Shown one piece after another: positions 18,461 to 28,753 of a stretch of DNA of 64,000 nucleotides. Within the stretch, counting starts at the first letter, position 1; the number at the start of each line of letters is the position of its first letter. The DNA is from Chloroflexota bacterium. GTDB lineage: Bacteria > Chloroflexota > Dehalococcoidia > Lucifugimonadales > UBA3495. The DNA lies in assembly GCA_027623675.1 (NCBI GenBank), contig JAQBVF010000001.1:32001-96000 (forward strand). Direction: 5' to 3'. The notes beneath the pieces were generated by a model. That model saw only the letters and a list, made by a program, of their open reading frames with translations. It had not been told where the DNA came from and did no database searches. A program made the translations under genes and the position numbers.

Positions 18461-19288
18461 TTGCTGACTAAACGTATAATCCCGTGCCTGGATGTGGACG
18501 CCGGCCGGGTCGTGAAAGGCGTCAGCTTCGTCGAACTGCGCGACGCCGGAGACCCAGCCGAACTGGCTGCTTTCTACGACCAGCAGGGCGGCGACGAACT
18601 GGTCTTTCTGGACATCACCGCCAGTTCCGATTCCAGAGACACCATGGTGGACGTGGTACAGCGTGTGTCGGAGCAGGTTTTCATCCCCCTGACCGTCGGC
18701 GGCGGGATCCGCTCGGTGGAAGATATTCGCCGCATGCTGAAGGCGGGGGCGGACAAGGTCGGCGTGAACACCGCCGCCGTAAACGACCCACAACTGGTTA
18801 ATCTGGGTGCAGCCGCGTTCGGCAATCAGTGCATCGTGGTGGCCATCGACGCCAAACGGGTCTCCAGCCCGGACGGAGCGCCCACTCCCAAGACCGCCGA
18901 TCTGGCCTTGGATGAAGGCTCCCGGTGGCAGGTCTACACCCACGGCGGCCGTACTCCCACTGGGATAGACGCCGTTAAGTGGGCGATCAGGGTGGTGGAA
19001 TCAGGCGCCGGGGAGATACTGCTCACCAGCATGGACGAAGACGGCCAGTTGTCGGGCTATGACCTCGGCCTGACCCGCACCGTATCCGAGGCGGTGCCGG
19101 TGCCGGTGATCGCCAGCGGCGGGGCCGGGGAACTGCAACATCTGTACCAAGCCTTGGAGGAAGGGAAGGCCGACGCCGTTCTGGCAGCCAGCATCTTCCA
19201 CTTTGGGACGTTTACCATCGACCAGGCCAAGGAATACCTCAAGAGCAAGGGCGTGCCGGTGAGACCCGCCTATTCCGGGGCCGGTTAG
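18461..19288 (+). CDS. hisF: Imidazole glycerol phosphate synthase cyclase subunit
   Basis: [37 protein letters not shown]. Confidence 0.97.
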   Translation: MLTKRIIPCLDVDAGRVVKGVSFVELRDAGDPAELAAFYDQQGGDELVFLDITASSDSRDTMVDVVQRVSEQVFIPLTVGGGIRSVEDIRRMLKAGADKVGVNTAAVNDPQLVNLGAAAFGNQCIVVAIDAKRVSSPDGAPTPKTADLALDEGSRWQVYTHGGRTPTGIDAVKWAIRVVESGAGEILLTSMDEDGQLSGYDLGLTRTVSEAVPVPVIASGGAGELQHLYQALEEGKADAVLAASIFHFGTFTIDQAKEYLKSKGVPVRPAYSGAG

Positions 19289-19325
19289 CCTCGCCCTAAC
19301 ATTGAAAACTGATAGGTAAGAACAG

Positions 19326-20033
19326 ATGCCGCGAATCACGACTGTAATCTTCGACATGTACGAGACCCTGGTCCAAAATCCCTTTGAGATGGGCAAGATA
19401 AGCTTTGCCCAGACCATCGAGGACCAAGGGTTGGACACGACCGTCGATGAGCTTTGGGCCGGCTGGCTGCCCGCCGAGGAGGAGTTCCGCAACACCCGCG
19501 TCGAGCCGAGCCGGCCCTTCCAGAGTTATTTCAGCGCCTGGAAAGGCGGATTTGAACGATCGTTCGCCAGCCTCAATCTGGACGGCGACGCCCAGGCTGC
19601 AACGGAGCAATTCTTCCGCCATCTGTCCCGGCGCAGTCCGTATCCCGAAACCAACGAGGCGGTGGCCGATGTCCAGATGCGTTACCGGACAGCCCTGCTC
19701 TCCAATGCCGACGACGGTTTCTTGCTGCCCAATCTGGAGCTTTTGGAAGTCGGGTTCGAGACGATCTTGACCTCTGAGCAAGCCCAGATGTACAAACCCA
19801 GGCCCGAGCTGTTCCAGTTGATGCTGGAGCGGCTGGGGGTTTCACCCGATGAATCTGCCTATGTGGGAGACCGGCAGTTGGAAGATGTGGCGGGGCCCAG
19901 TGAAGCCGGGATTCACCCGGTCTGGATCAACCGTGGGAACCGGCCCTTAGACCCAAATCTGCCAACTCCCCCGAACCAGATATCCAGCCTGTCCGAACTT
20001 CCCAAGCTGTTGGACAAAGGGCTGCAGTCCTAG
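19326..20033 (+). CDS. HAD family hydrolase
   Basis: VIFDMYETL, LSNAD, KP, YVGD...D. Confidence 0.85.
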   Translation: MPRITTVIFDMYETLVQNPFEMGKISFAQTIEDQGLDTTVDELWAGWLPAEEEFRNTRVEPSRPFQSYFSAWKGGFERSFASLNLDGDAQAATEQFFRHLSRRSPYPETNEAVADVQMRYRTALLSNADDGFLLPNLELLEVGFETILTSEQAQMYKPRPELFQLMLERLGVSPDESAYVGDRQLEDVAGPSEAGIHPVWINRGNRPLDPNLPTPPNQISSLSELPKLLDKGLQS

Positions 20034-20093
20034 TCACAGCCGCCAAACGCGTCACACGACCGGACGCCCCACACAAAAAGAAAAAGGCCATTT

Positions 20094-20714
20094 ATGAAAG
20101 TTAAACTCAACGATCAGGGCCTCTTGCCCGCCATCGCCCAAGACGCCAACACCGGCCAGGTGCTGATGCTGGGCTACATGAACCCAGGTTCCATGAAGCG
20201 CACGGTTGAGGGGGTCCAAGTCTGGTTCTACAGCCGTAGCCGCGAGGACCTTTGGCACAAAGGCGAGGTTTCGGGCAATTATCTGAACCTGAAAGAGGCC
20301 TGGTTCGACTGCGACTCGGACACCGTTCTGCTGAAGGTCGACCCCGACGGCCCCGCCTGCCACACCGGCGAGGTCTCATGCTTCTTCAACAAGCTGGAAG
20401 GTCTGCCTGAGGAATACGAACAGACCGAGTCCGGCCCCAGCGTCCTCGGCGAGTTGTTCGCCCTGATTAAAGACCGCCAGCAAGAGATGCCGGAGGGCAG
20501 CTACACCACCAGCCTGTTCAACGAGGGCGTGCCCCGCATCGCCCAGAAGGTGGTGGAAGAAGCCGGAGAGACCGCCATCGCCGCCGCTATCGGGGACACT
20601 GAAAACCTGCCTGGCGAGATCGCCGATCTGCTGTACCACACCCTGGTCCTGCTGGCCGCCTCAGGCGTCCAACCCGAAGCCGTCTACGAGAAGCTGCGGG
20701 AACGCCGCAAGTAG
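20094..20714 (+). CDS. hisIE: Bifunctional phosphoribosyl-AMP cyclohydrolase/phosphoribosyl-ATP pyrophosphatase
   Basis: YSRSR..LW.KGE.SG, DCD.D, GPACHTG..SCF; SYT..L...KV.EEA.E, E.ADL.YH. Confidence 0.96.
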   Translation: MKVKLNDQGLLPAIAQDANTGQVLMLGYMNPGSMKRTVEGVQVWFYSRSREDLWHKGEVSGNYLNLKEAWFDCDSDTVLLKVDPDGPACHTGEVSCFFNKLEGLPEEYEQTESGPSVLGELFALIKDRQQEMPEGSYTTSLFNEGVPRIAQKVVEEAGETAIAAAIGDTENLPGEIADLLYHTLVLLAASGVQPEAVYEKLRERRK

Positions 20715-20715
20715 G

Positions 20716-21402
20716 TCAGAACCCGGACGGCAGCATATCCCCGGCTTCGAACACCTGCCACTTTGAGCCCTGGTAGACGGTGACACGGCCGGAGCCGACG
20801 ACCCGCCAACTATCGGGGGTACCCAGACAGCCGGTGCGGGCGTCGATCCCCAGGAAGGTCAGTCCGGCGGGGCCCGTTCGTTGCAGTTCTTTGGCGGTCT
20901 CGGCATGGTCGCGGCTCTCGTGGTGGGGCAGGACGGCCACGCCGGGCACCAGACCCAACGCGTCCACCCAGCCGCCGGCGGTGGGACGGCGCATCATCGA
21001 GCCCATGACCATTGCCCCGGCGCTGGAACCTGCCAGCACCATGCCCCCAGCCACCGCCGCCAGCAGCGCCTTCAGGAACCGCGAGTCTTTGACCGTTGCC
21101 AATAGATGGTCGGGGCTGCCGCCGGTGAAATAGACCACATCAGCCGACGTGGCCGGCGCGAAGAAATCCGGCGATTCCGCCTGACTCCGCTCCAGCAGCA
21201 TCAGTTGACTGGAATCTCCGCCCAGAGCGCCGAAGTGGACCGCGCCGTCATTTGCTGCTTTGGCCGGCCCGTTGACCGCGGCGGTGGGGACCACCACCAC
21301 TCTTGCCGGGTCTTTCCCCGACGCGCGCATGATCGCCACGTCCATGTCCTCACAGCCGCGCCGGAATTCATCGCCGCCAACCAGGGCTATCTGTCCAGGC
21401 AT
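20716..21402 (-). CDS. Peptidase S51 family (peptidase E/cyanophycinase-like)
   Basis: LVGG.E, VPTA, YFTGGSP, GSSAGAM, PH. Confidence 0.85.
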   Translation of the reverse strand: MPGQIALVGGDEFRRGCEDMDVAIMRASGKDPARVVVVPTAAVNGPAKAANDGAVHFGALGGDSSQLMLLERSQAESPDFFAPATSADVVYFTGGSPDHLLATVKDSRFLKALLAAVAGGMVLAGSSAGAMVMGSMMRRPTAGGWVDALGLVPGVAVLPHHESRDHAETAKELQRTGPAGLTFLGIDARTGCLGTPDSWRVVGSGRVTVYQGSKWQVFEAGDMLPSGF

Positions 21403-21413
21403 ACGCTTTCCTT

Positions 21414-21445
21414 ATCTCTGCATCTCTCCATCTCTGCATCTCTGC
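21414..21445 (+). repeat. Octamer tandem repeat (ATCTCTGC x4, one variant unit)
   Basis: atctctgc atctctcc atctctgc atctctgc. Confidence 0.8.
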
Positions 21446-21454
21446 CTTGGGCCA

Positions 21455-22856
21455 TCAGGCCAGGTGCTGCACGAAGATGGCCGCCAGACCCAGGAACAAT
21501 ACGAAGCCGATGACATCGGTGAAGGTGGTGACGAACACCGCCGACGATACCGCCGGGTCCATGCGCAGTTGCCGCAATAGAAGCGGTATCCCGGCGCCGA
21601 ACATACCGGCAACCAGCATGTTCCCCATCATGGCCAGGCCCAATACCAGGCCCAAGTAAAAGTTCCCCTTCCACAGGTAGGCCACCACCCCCACGCCAAC
21701 GCCCAGGGCAACCCCGTGGATGAGCCCAAGGGCCAACTCGCGGGTCAATACCCGCAAGCCCAACCTTACGTGGCACCTCGCCCAGGGCCATGCTGCGCAC
21801 CACCAACGTCACGGTCTGGGTGCCGCCGATACCCCCCTGGCCGGCGACCACCGGCAGGAAGACCGCCAGAGCAACCACCCGCGATATCGTATCTTCGAAG
21901 AGGCTGACCACCACCGCCGCCAAGAATGCCGTGCCCAGGTTTATGTAAAGCCAGGGCAGCCTGCGGCGAAGGGAATTGGTCAGGGGGCCGGCGATCCGCT
22001 CCCCGCCGACGCTGGCCATACGGAACATGTCTTCCGTGGCCTCTTCCGCCACCACGTCCACTAGGTCCTCGGCCAGAATCACACCGGTGAGGCGGCCTTC
22101 GGCGTCAACCACCGGCAGGAAGTTTAGATTGTAACGCTGCATCATCCGGGCGCATTCTTCCTGGTCCGTATCGGCGGTAACCGAGTTTATCTCCCGCTCC
22201 ATGATGTCGCCGATCACGGAATTTGACCGGGCGAGGGCCAGACGGGTGACGCTCAATGACCCGACCAATCGGCGTTCGGCGTCCACCACCAGGACCGAGT
22301 GAATGTCCTCAGCGTCCTGACCCAGCAGCCGAAGTTGGTCCAGTGCGATGGGGGTGGTAGTCGTATCGGTCACCATCGGATAGTCTGGAATCATCAGACC
22401 ACCGGCGGTGTCATCACGGTACTGGAGAAGTTCCGTTACCTCGGCGGCATCGGTCATGGCCTCCAAGGTCTCTTGCTGCTTCTCATCAGAAATCTGGCGC
22501 AGCACGTCCACTGCCACGTCGGGGTCGGTAAGGTCTAGGACCTCGGCCAGGTCGGAGGGCTCGCGGCCGCCGACCATCTCCGCCGATTCCGCCGGCTCCA
22601 GATATTCGAGTATCTCCGCAACGACCGCGGAGTCCAATTCGTCCAGCAGGGTCTCCCGGGCCTCGCGGTGGAGCCCGTCCAGTACCTCGCCCTGGTCAAC
22701 CGGGTGCAATTGGCCGAAGCGCTCCAGGGCCTCCGAGCGTTGTTCGGATTCCGGTTGACGGCCAAGTTCCGTGACCAGCTCCTGGACCACCTCTTCGGGT
22801 AGCTGGGCGAGGTCTTCTGTAGGAGGTTCTGGCTGCGTTATTTGGGATTGGTCCAT
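21455..22856 (-). pseudogene. mgtE: Magnesium transporter MgtE with a +1 frameshift near 21765 (pseudogene or sequencing error)
   Basis: N domain, CBS pair and TM1-2 (RLPWL, GG.GGTQ) are in one frame; TM3-5 (LTRELALG...DPAVSSAVFVTTFTD) continue in another frame. Confidence 0.85.
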
Positions 22857-23240
22857 GAGGTTTCCGTTGGGGGTGAATTGGGCCTGGGTTCCCTGAAAAT
22901 TCCCTAGATATCCGAACCGAAGATTCCCTGGCGGTCCCGTACATTCCTGGACGTCCAGGAAGCGTTCTGGGAGGGTTCAAGTAGGGTTCAGGGCATTTAC
23001 GATTGTAACAGGGCGTCTTCCGCCATGAAAATCGCACGCCTGCGTTCCCGCCTATTTCGGCTGGGAGCACACCGTGGATCCGTGCTTGAAAACCCTGCGG
23101 CTGTGTTAAAATGTTGGAACGGGTTTCAAGTTTGGCGGCCGGCTAAAGGCCGCTTTTCACATTCTGGCCCATCGCCCGGTTGATATAGTTGCCAAGATCT
23201 GCCCGGCAGACACTCGCAGACACTCAAGGACCCTTCTGAA

Positions 23241-24920
23241 ATGCCCGCTCCGCTTTTAGTCGATACCATCCAGCAGCTTGTGGCCCAGGCCTTGGAAGCC
23301 GCCCGCAAGGAAGGCACGCTGCAGTTGGAGACGATGCCCGAGATTCAGGTGGAGCGGCCGGGAAACTCGGACCATGGCGATTTCGCCACCAACCTGCCCC
23401 TGCGACTGGCGCGCGCCACCCGCATCAACCCCCTGGAGCTGGCCAAGTCGCTTGCCGGGTATATACCCACCGGCGATGTTATAGAACGGGTGGAGGCCGC
23501 CCCGCCCGGCTTCATTAACTTCTATCTGACAGATTTCTGGCTGCAGCAACAGGTCGAAGAAGTCCGCCGGGCGGGCGATTCTTTCGGCAACGTGGACCTG
23601 GGCCAGGGCAAGAAGATGATGATTGAGTTCGTCAGCGTGAACCCCACCGGTCCGGTCCATGTGGGCCACACCCGGGGCGCGGTCCTAGGCAGCTCTCTAG
23701 CCAACGTGCTGGAAGCCGCCGGATACGGCGTTACCCGAGAATATTACGTGAATGACGCCGGCAGCCAGATGCAGGCCTTTTACAAGTCGGTGCTGGCCCG
23801 CTACAAAGAGTATCTGGGACAAGACGCGGTTATGCCCGAGAACGGCTACATGGGCGACTACATCGCCGATCTGGCCAAAGAGATCGCCGATGCGGAGGGC
23901 GACCGCTTCCTCAGCCAAGAAGAAGGACAGGCCCTGAGGGAGATCGGCGACATCGGCCGGGAAAAGATGGTCGCCATCATCAAGGATGATCTGGCCGGTA
24001 TCGGTGTGGAGTTCGACAACTGGTTCAGCGAGCGCACCCTGTTCGAGGACGGCGAGTACGACGCCGCCATCGGCATCCTCAAAGAGAAAGACTACCTGTC
24101 GGAGCGGGACGACGCCACCTGGTTCAATTCAACCATGCTCGGCGACGACAAAGACAACGTGGTGATTCGCTCCACCGGCGAGCCGACCTACTTCGCTTCG
24201 GACATCGCCTACCATTACAACAAGTTCGTCGGCCGGGGCTATTCCTCGGTGGTGGATATCTGGGGAGCCGACCACCAGGGTCACGTGCCACGCATGAAAT
24301 CGGCGGTGGAGGCGCTGGGCATCGAGCCCGACCGCCTGACCGTGCTGATCTCCCAGATGGTGACCCTGCGGCGGGGCGACGAGGTGGTGCGGGCGTCCAA
24401 GCGCACCGGCCAATTCGTGACGCTGAAAGAGCTGGCCGAAGAGGTTGGCAAGGACGCCTGCCGCTTCTTCTTCCTGGCCCGCAGCCCATCGACCCAGATG
24501 GAGTTCGACCTGGAGTTGGCCAAGAAAGAGTCGGCCGAGAACCCCGTCTATTACGTGCAGTACGCCCACGCCCGAAACGCCAGCATCCTGAACCTGGCTA
24601 GAGAGAGGAACATCGACTGGAGCGACGGCGACGTCAGTCTTTTGACCGACCCCAACGAGCTTAACCTGGTGCGGGCCATGCTGCGGCTGCCCGAGTTGGT
24701 GGCCCAGATGGCTGAAGACCTGGAGCCCCACCATCTGCCACACTACGCCACTGAATTGGCCAACGCCTTCCATTCCTTCTATGAGAACTGCCGGGTGGTC
24801 TCCTCCAATGAAGAGGACGACGCCATGACCGCGGCCCGGCTGAAGCTGGTGGAGTCGGCCCAGATCGTGTTCCGCCGCTCTCTTGACCTGATGGGGATGA
24901 ACGCCCCGGAACGCATGTAG
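23241..24920 (+). CDS. argS: Arginyl-tRNA synthetase
   Basis: EFVS.NPTGPVHVGH.RGA, GADH.G, NPVYYVQYAHAR, C-terminal PERM. Confidence 0.98.
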   Translation: MPAPLLVDTIQQLVAQALEAARKEGTLQLETMPEIQVERPGNSDHGDFATNLPLRLARATRINPLELAKSLAGYIPTGDVIERVEAAPPGFINFYLTDFWLQQQVEEVRRAGDSFGNVDLGQGKKMMIEFVSVNPTGPVHVGHTRGAVLGSSLANVLEAAGYGVTREYYVNDAGSQMQAFYKSVLARYKEYLGQDAVMPENGYMGDYIADLAKEIADAEGDRFLSQEEGQALREIGDIGREKMVAIIKDDLAGIGVEFDNWFSERTLFEDGEYDAAIGILKEKDYLSERDDATWFNSTMLGDDKDNVVIRSTGEPTYFASDIAYHYNKFVGRGYSSVVDIWGADHQGHVPRMKSAVEALGIEPDRLTVLISQMVTLRRGDEVVRASKRTGQFVTLKELAEEVGKDACRFFFLARSPSTQMEFDLELAKKESAENPVYYVQYAHARNASILNLARERNIDWSDGDVSLLTDPNELNLVRAMLRLPELVAQMAEDLEPHHLPHYATELANAFHSFYENCRVVSSNEEDDAMTAARLKLVESAQIVFRRSLDLMGMNAPERM

Positions 24921-24979
24921 CAGCAGGCAACCCCGGCCCGCGACCGAACCTCGACCGGAAACTTCTAAGCTCTGCGAAT

Positions 24980-25018
24980 AAAAAAGGCCTCGCCCATTCC
25001 GGGCGGGGCCGATTTTTT
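24980..25018. terminator. Bidirectional terminator between argS and pstS
   Basis: A6-ggcctcgccc-attcc-gggcggggcc-ga-T6. Confidence 0.7.
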
Positions 25019-25038
25019 CCGCTTAACCGGTCTTATGC

Positions 25039-26148
25039 TTAGGGGTTGTCTTTTAGGACCTGGTGCACCGGACCCGACTTCGGTGTTTGACCACCAAATA
25101 GGGTGCCGGTTGATCTCGATTCGATACGGTTTTCGCTCAGGGCCGCCGTATCTTCCGGGAAGGCGATATACCCAACCTCTCGCACCAGTGCGGCTCCCTC
25201 TGCACCCAGGAAATAACGCACAAACTCAAGGATGTGGGGTTCCTGGGCGGCGACGGAGTTCACGTACATGAACAACGGCCGGGCGAAGTGCGCATACGTG
25301 CCGTCGGCGATGGTTTCTGGAGTTGGCGTAACGCACCCTGCTCCCGCGTCCACCCCCACCAGCTTCAGCTTGTCTTGGTTCTCCACGTAGTAGGAGTAGC
25401 CGAAATACCCCACCGCATCCCGGTCTCCGGAGATCCCCTGCACCAACACGTTGTCGTTCTCGCTGGCGATGAAATCGCCACGGGACATCTGTGATTCCCC
25501 GTTCACAACTTCGGTGAAATAGTCGAAGGTGCCTGAATCGGCGCCCGGACCGTAAAGGGAGAATGCCTTGTCCGGCCATTCAGGGCGTATCTGATTCCAT
25601 CTACGGACCGTTCCTTCAGCCTCCGGAGACCACATGACATGGAGTTCGTCCAGGGTAACGCAGTTCACGAATTCGTTCTCGGGATTGACCATCACGCTCA
25701 AGCCGTCGATGGCGACCGGCAATTCAATGAAATCGATCCCTTTCTCCGCACAGGCTTCAACTTCCTTAGCCTTGATCGGCCTCGAGGCGTTGGAGATCTC
25801 GGTCTCCCCGTTGCAGAATTTCTTGAACCCGCCACCGGTGCCGGAGACTCCCACCAGCACCCTCACGTCTCCCCCCGTCAACAACCCGAATTCCTCGGCA
25901 ACCGCCTCGGATATCGGGAACACGGTGCTTGAGCCGTCGATCTGTATCAACCCCGAGAGCCCATCAACGCCCGTCGACGAGCCGTCAGGCGACCCGACCG
26001 GCGCTTGGGACGTGGCCGGACCAGCGGAGCCCGCCTCGGGGGAAGAACTTCCGCCGCATGCCGCAGCCACCAGCGCCAGGGCGAACATGGCGCCGATAAC
26101 CAGGACTGCTTTCTTAAATCGGATAGTTGCCTGATAGGTCTTCTTCAT
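25039..26148 (-). CDS. pstS: Phosphate ABC transporter substrate-binding lipoprotein
   Basis: Lipobox [35 protein letters not shown]; start placed at MKKTY. Confidence 0.92.
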   Translation of the reverse strand: MKKTYQATIRFKKAVLVIGAMFALALVAAACGGSSSPEAGSAGPATSQAPVGSPDGSSTGVDGLSGLIQIDGSSTVFPISEAVAEEFGLLTGGDVRVLVGVSGTGGGFKKFCNGETEISNASRPIKAKEVEACAEKGIDFIELPVAIDGLSVMVNPENEFVNCVTLDELHVMWSPEAEGTVRRWNQIRPEWPDKAFSLYGPGADSGTFDYFTEVVNGESQMSRGDFIASENDNVLVQGISGDRDAVGYFGYSYYVENQDKLKLVGVDAGAGCVTPTPETIADGTYAHFARPLFMYVNSVAAQEPHILEFVRYFLGAEGAALVREVGYIAFPEDTAALSENRIESRSTGTLFGGQTPKSGPVHQVLKDNP

Positions 26149-26902
26149 TCTTTCTCTCAATATTCTTTCTCTCGATAATTTTGGGTATATCTTGGTTCGG
26201 AGCGAAACAGCAGATTCCCAGCGCGGCTGGAGGGCCGCGTGTCGAGACGGGTGGGGGAGAGCGGGCTGAAAGAAGGGGTGGATAATGGCTTGACAGGGTA
26301 AGAAGCGTTGCGACCCTGCCAAGCCCCGGCATCACAGGGCTTTGGCGGCCCAACGAGGGCCATTACGGCGCTCGGGTTCCGGGATTCGGAAAGGGACTGG
26401 AATCGGGGTGATCGCCGAGGGAATTCGAAGATTATCTCAGCGTTGGCATAGCGCGGATGCGGCAGGAGAGGGGATGATGATTACGGAACCTATAGCCAAC
26501 GCTGGCAAAAGCTGGACCTTTATATCCCAGGAATAGGTAGTTTTAGTCAAGCCAATCTTATTCTTCGGTTAGGGCGATTACAACCCCTTTCTGGATGAAT
26601 TAAGGGACCTAATTAAGGGAATCGGTCGGGCCGGCAAGCCCAACCCGGTCCAGCGGGCGCCGCCCGCATTCAGCGTCAGATGGGGAACACGGTCACTTAG
26701 AAATCTGCCGTGATTTGAGTGGTGCTTGTATGGCCCGTGTATTTGGGTTTATGATTGGGGTAACTGCCGGATGTGATTTTTCACGTTCAGCCAACCCTAT
26801 CTCCCGAATCCGCATTCTGATCTACGGGATGGCGCGCCGGTCTCTGGCGGCCGTGCGGCTTCCCTTCTTTGCGGTGGGTGAACAGGCGTGATATTTAACT
26901 AG

Positions 26903-28753
26903 ATGCAGATCCTGATCCGAATCACCAAGATTGCGTGGCAATTCCGCGCCCGCCTGATCTTGGCTTACCTGAGCTTCCTGGCCGCGGTCGGCGTCTCGTT
27001 GCTCATTCCGCAATTGTTCGGCGAAGCGATCGACATGCTGGTTGTCGTCGAGAATGGCAAGGTGGTTGCGAAAGCGGTTGATACCAGCACCCTCACCTAC
27101 ATCGCCCTAGCCCTGCTCGGCGCCAGTCTACTCCGCGGCTTCCTGGATTTCGCCCGCACCTATTGCACCGACTCCCTGTCACAGAAAGTCTCCTACGTGA
27201 TTCGGAACCGGTTCTACAACAAGCTGCAACACCTGAGCTTCGCCTACCACGACAAAGAGCACACCGGCGACCTGATGTCCAAAGCCACCGCCGACGTGGA
27301 GGCGGTGCGGCGCTTCGTCAACATGGGCTTGGTGCGGGCGCTTGAAGTAGTGGTCCGCCTCATCGCCTTGATGGTGATCTTGAACCTGATGAACTGGGAA
27401 CTCACCCTCATCAGCTTGGTCTTCGTGCCCTTCATCGTCATTCGGTCTTCCATGGTCATGGGACGCCTGCGGCGGATGTGGCTCCAGGTCCAAGAACGGA
27501 TGGGCGAAGCGGTAACCATCCTTCAAGAAAACCTGGTGGGCATCCACGTGGTGAAGGCTTTCGCTTCTGAGGAATACGAAAAGGCCAAATTCGCCAGGAA
27601 AGCCCAGGAACTCCGGGAAGAATATTACCGGTCGGAGCGGCTGCAAGGCACAAACAGCGCCTGGATGACCTTGTATTTCACCGCGGGCTTGGGTCTGATC
27701 CTCTGGTACGGGGGCTGGGAAGTGGTCCGGGGCGACATGACCGCCGGTGAACTTACCAAGTTCATCCTCTATCTGAACCAGTTGACCTTCCCCATACGCA
27801 TGTCGTCGTTCATCATTAACGCGTTCTCCAGGGCCATCTCGTCCGGCGGGCGCCTCTTTGAGGTCCTGGACGCCGAGTCACCGGTGCTGGAAAAGCCCAA
27901 CCCCACGGTACTGGGCCGGGCCCAAGGCCAGGTGGATTTCAACGACGTCTCCTTCGCCTACGAAGGCCGGATGCCCGCGCTGCAGCATGTCAGCATCTCG
28001 GCCAAGCCAAGCCAGATAACCGCCATCTTGGGCGCTCCAGGCAGCGGCAAGAGCACCATCGTCAACCTACTACCCCGGTTCTACGACGTCACCGAAGGCA
28101 GCGTCACCATCGACGGGCACGACATCCGGGACCTTTCCCTGGAGTCGCTGCGACGCAACGTGGGGATCGTTCAGCAGGACGTTTTCCTGTTCAGCGCCTC
28201 CATTCACGACAACATCGCCTACGGCAAGAAGGATGCCAGCCGCGAGGATGTGATTCGAGCCGCCACGGTAGCCCAACTCCACGACCACATCGATTCTCTG
28301 CCCGACGGCTACGACACCTGGGTTGGGGAGCGCGGCTCCACGCTGTCCGGCGGCCAACGCCAGCGCCTCTCCATCGCCCGCAGCATCCTGACCGACCCGC
28401 CGGTGCTGATACTAGACGACTCCACATCCAGCGTGGACGTTCAGACCGAGCGGATGATTCACCAGGCCATGGTGAATGTGATGAAGAACCGGACCACGTT
28501 CGTTATCGCCCACCGGCTGAGCACGGTGCGGGAAGCCGACCTGATAATCGTCTTGAAAGACGGGGGCGTGGCGGAGCAGGGGAGCCACGAAGAGTTGCTG
28601 GCGGCGCGCGGCATCTACCGGGAGATCTACGACATGCAGCTGCAACCCCAAGAGGAATTGCTGCTCGACGCATCTCTGCCTCCCGTCACCAACAAACCGG
28701 CGCCGGGGAACATGAACCCACGGTTGGCCACCGACTCTGGAGATGACGACTGA
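26903..28753 (+). CDS. ABC exporter half transporter (degenerate Walker B)
   Basis: TMD plus NBD; GAPGSGKST, LSGGQ, ILDDSTS. Confidence 0.92.
   Translation: MQILIRITKIAWQFRARLILAYLSFLAAVGVSLLIPQLFGEAIDMLVVVENGKVVAKAVDTSTLTYIALALLGASLLRGFLDFARTYCTDSLSQKVSYVIRNRFYNKLQHLSFAYHDKEHTGDLMSKATADVEAVRRFVNMGLVRALEVVVRLIALMVILNLMNWELTLISLVFVPFIVIRSSMVMGRLRRMWLQVQERMGEAVTILQENLVGIHVVKAFASEEYEKAKFARKAQELREEYYRSERLQGTNSAWMTLYFTAGLGLILWYGGWEVVRGDMTAGELTKFILYLNQLTFPIRMSSFIINAFSRAISSGGRLFEVLDAESPVLEKPNPTVLGRAQGQVDFNDVSFAYEGRMPALQHVSISAKPSQITAILGAPGSGKSTIVNLLPRFYDVTEGSVTIDGHDIRDLSLESLRRNVGIVQQDVFLFSASIHDNIAYGKKDASREDVIRAATVAQLHDHIDSLPDGYDTWVGERGSTLSGGQRQRLSIARSILTDPPVLILDDSTSSVDVQTERMIHQAMVNVMKNRTTFVIAHRLSTVREADLIIVLKDGGVAEQGSHEELLAARGIYREIYDMQLQPQEELLLDASLPPVTNKPAPGNMNPRLATDSGDDD

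Noticed and set aside
22857..23070. M-box (Mg) riboswitch upstream of mgtE
   Set aside because: No recognisable ykoK motifs; only a 16-bp palindrome TCCTGGACGTCCAGGA
26598..26620. Pho box upstream of pstS
   Set aside because: The repeat period is 13 bp, not the 11 bp of PhoB/PhoP boxes
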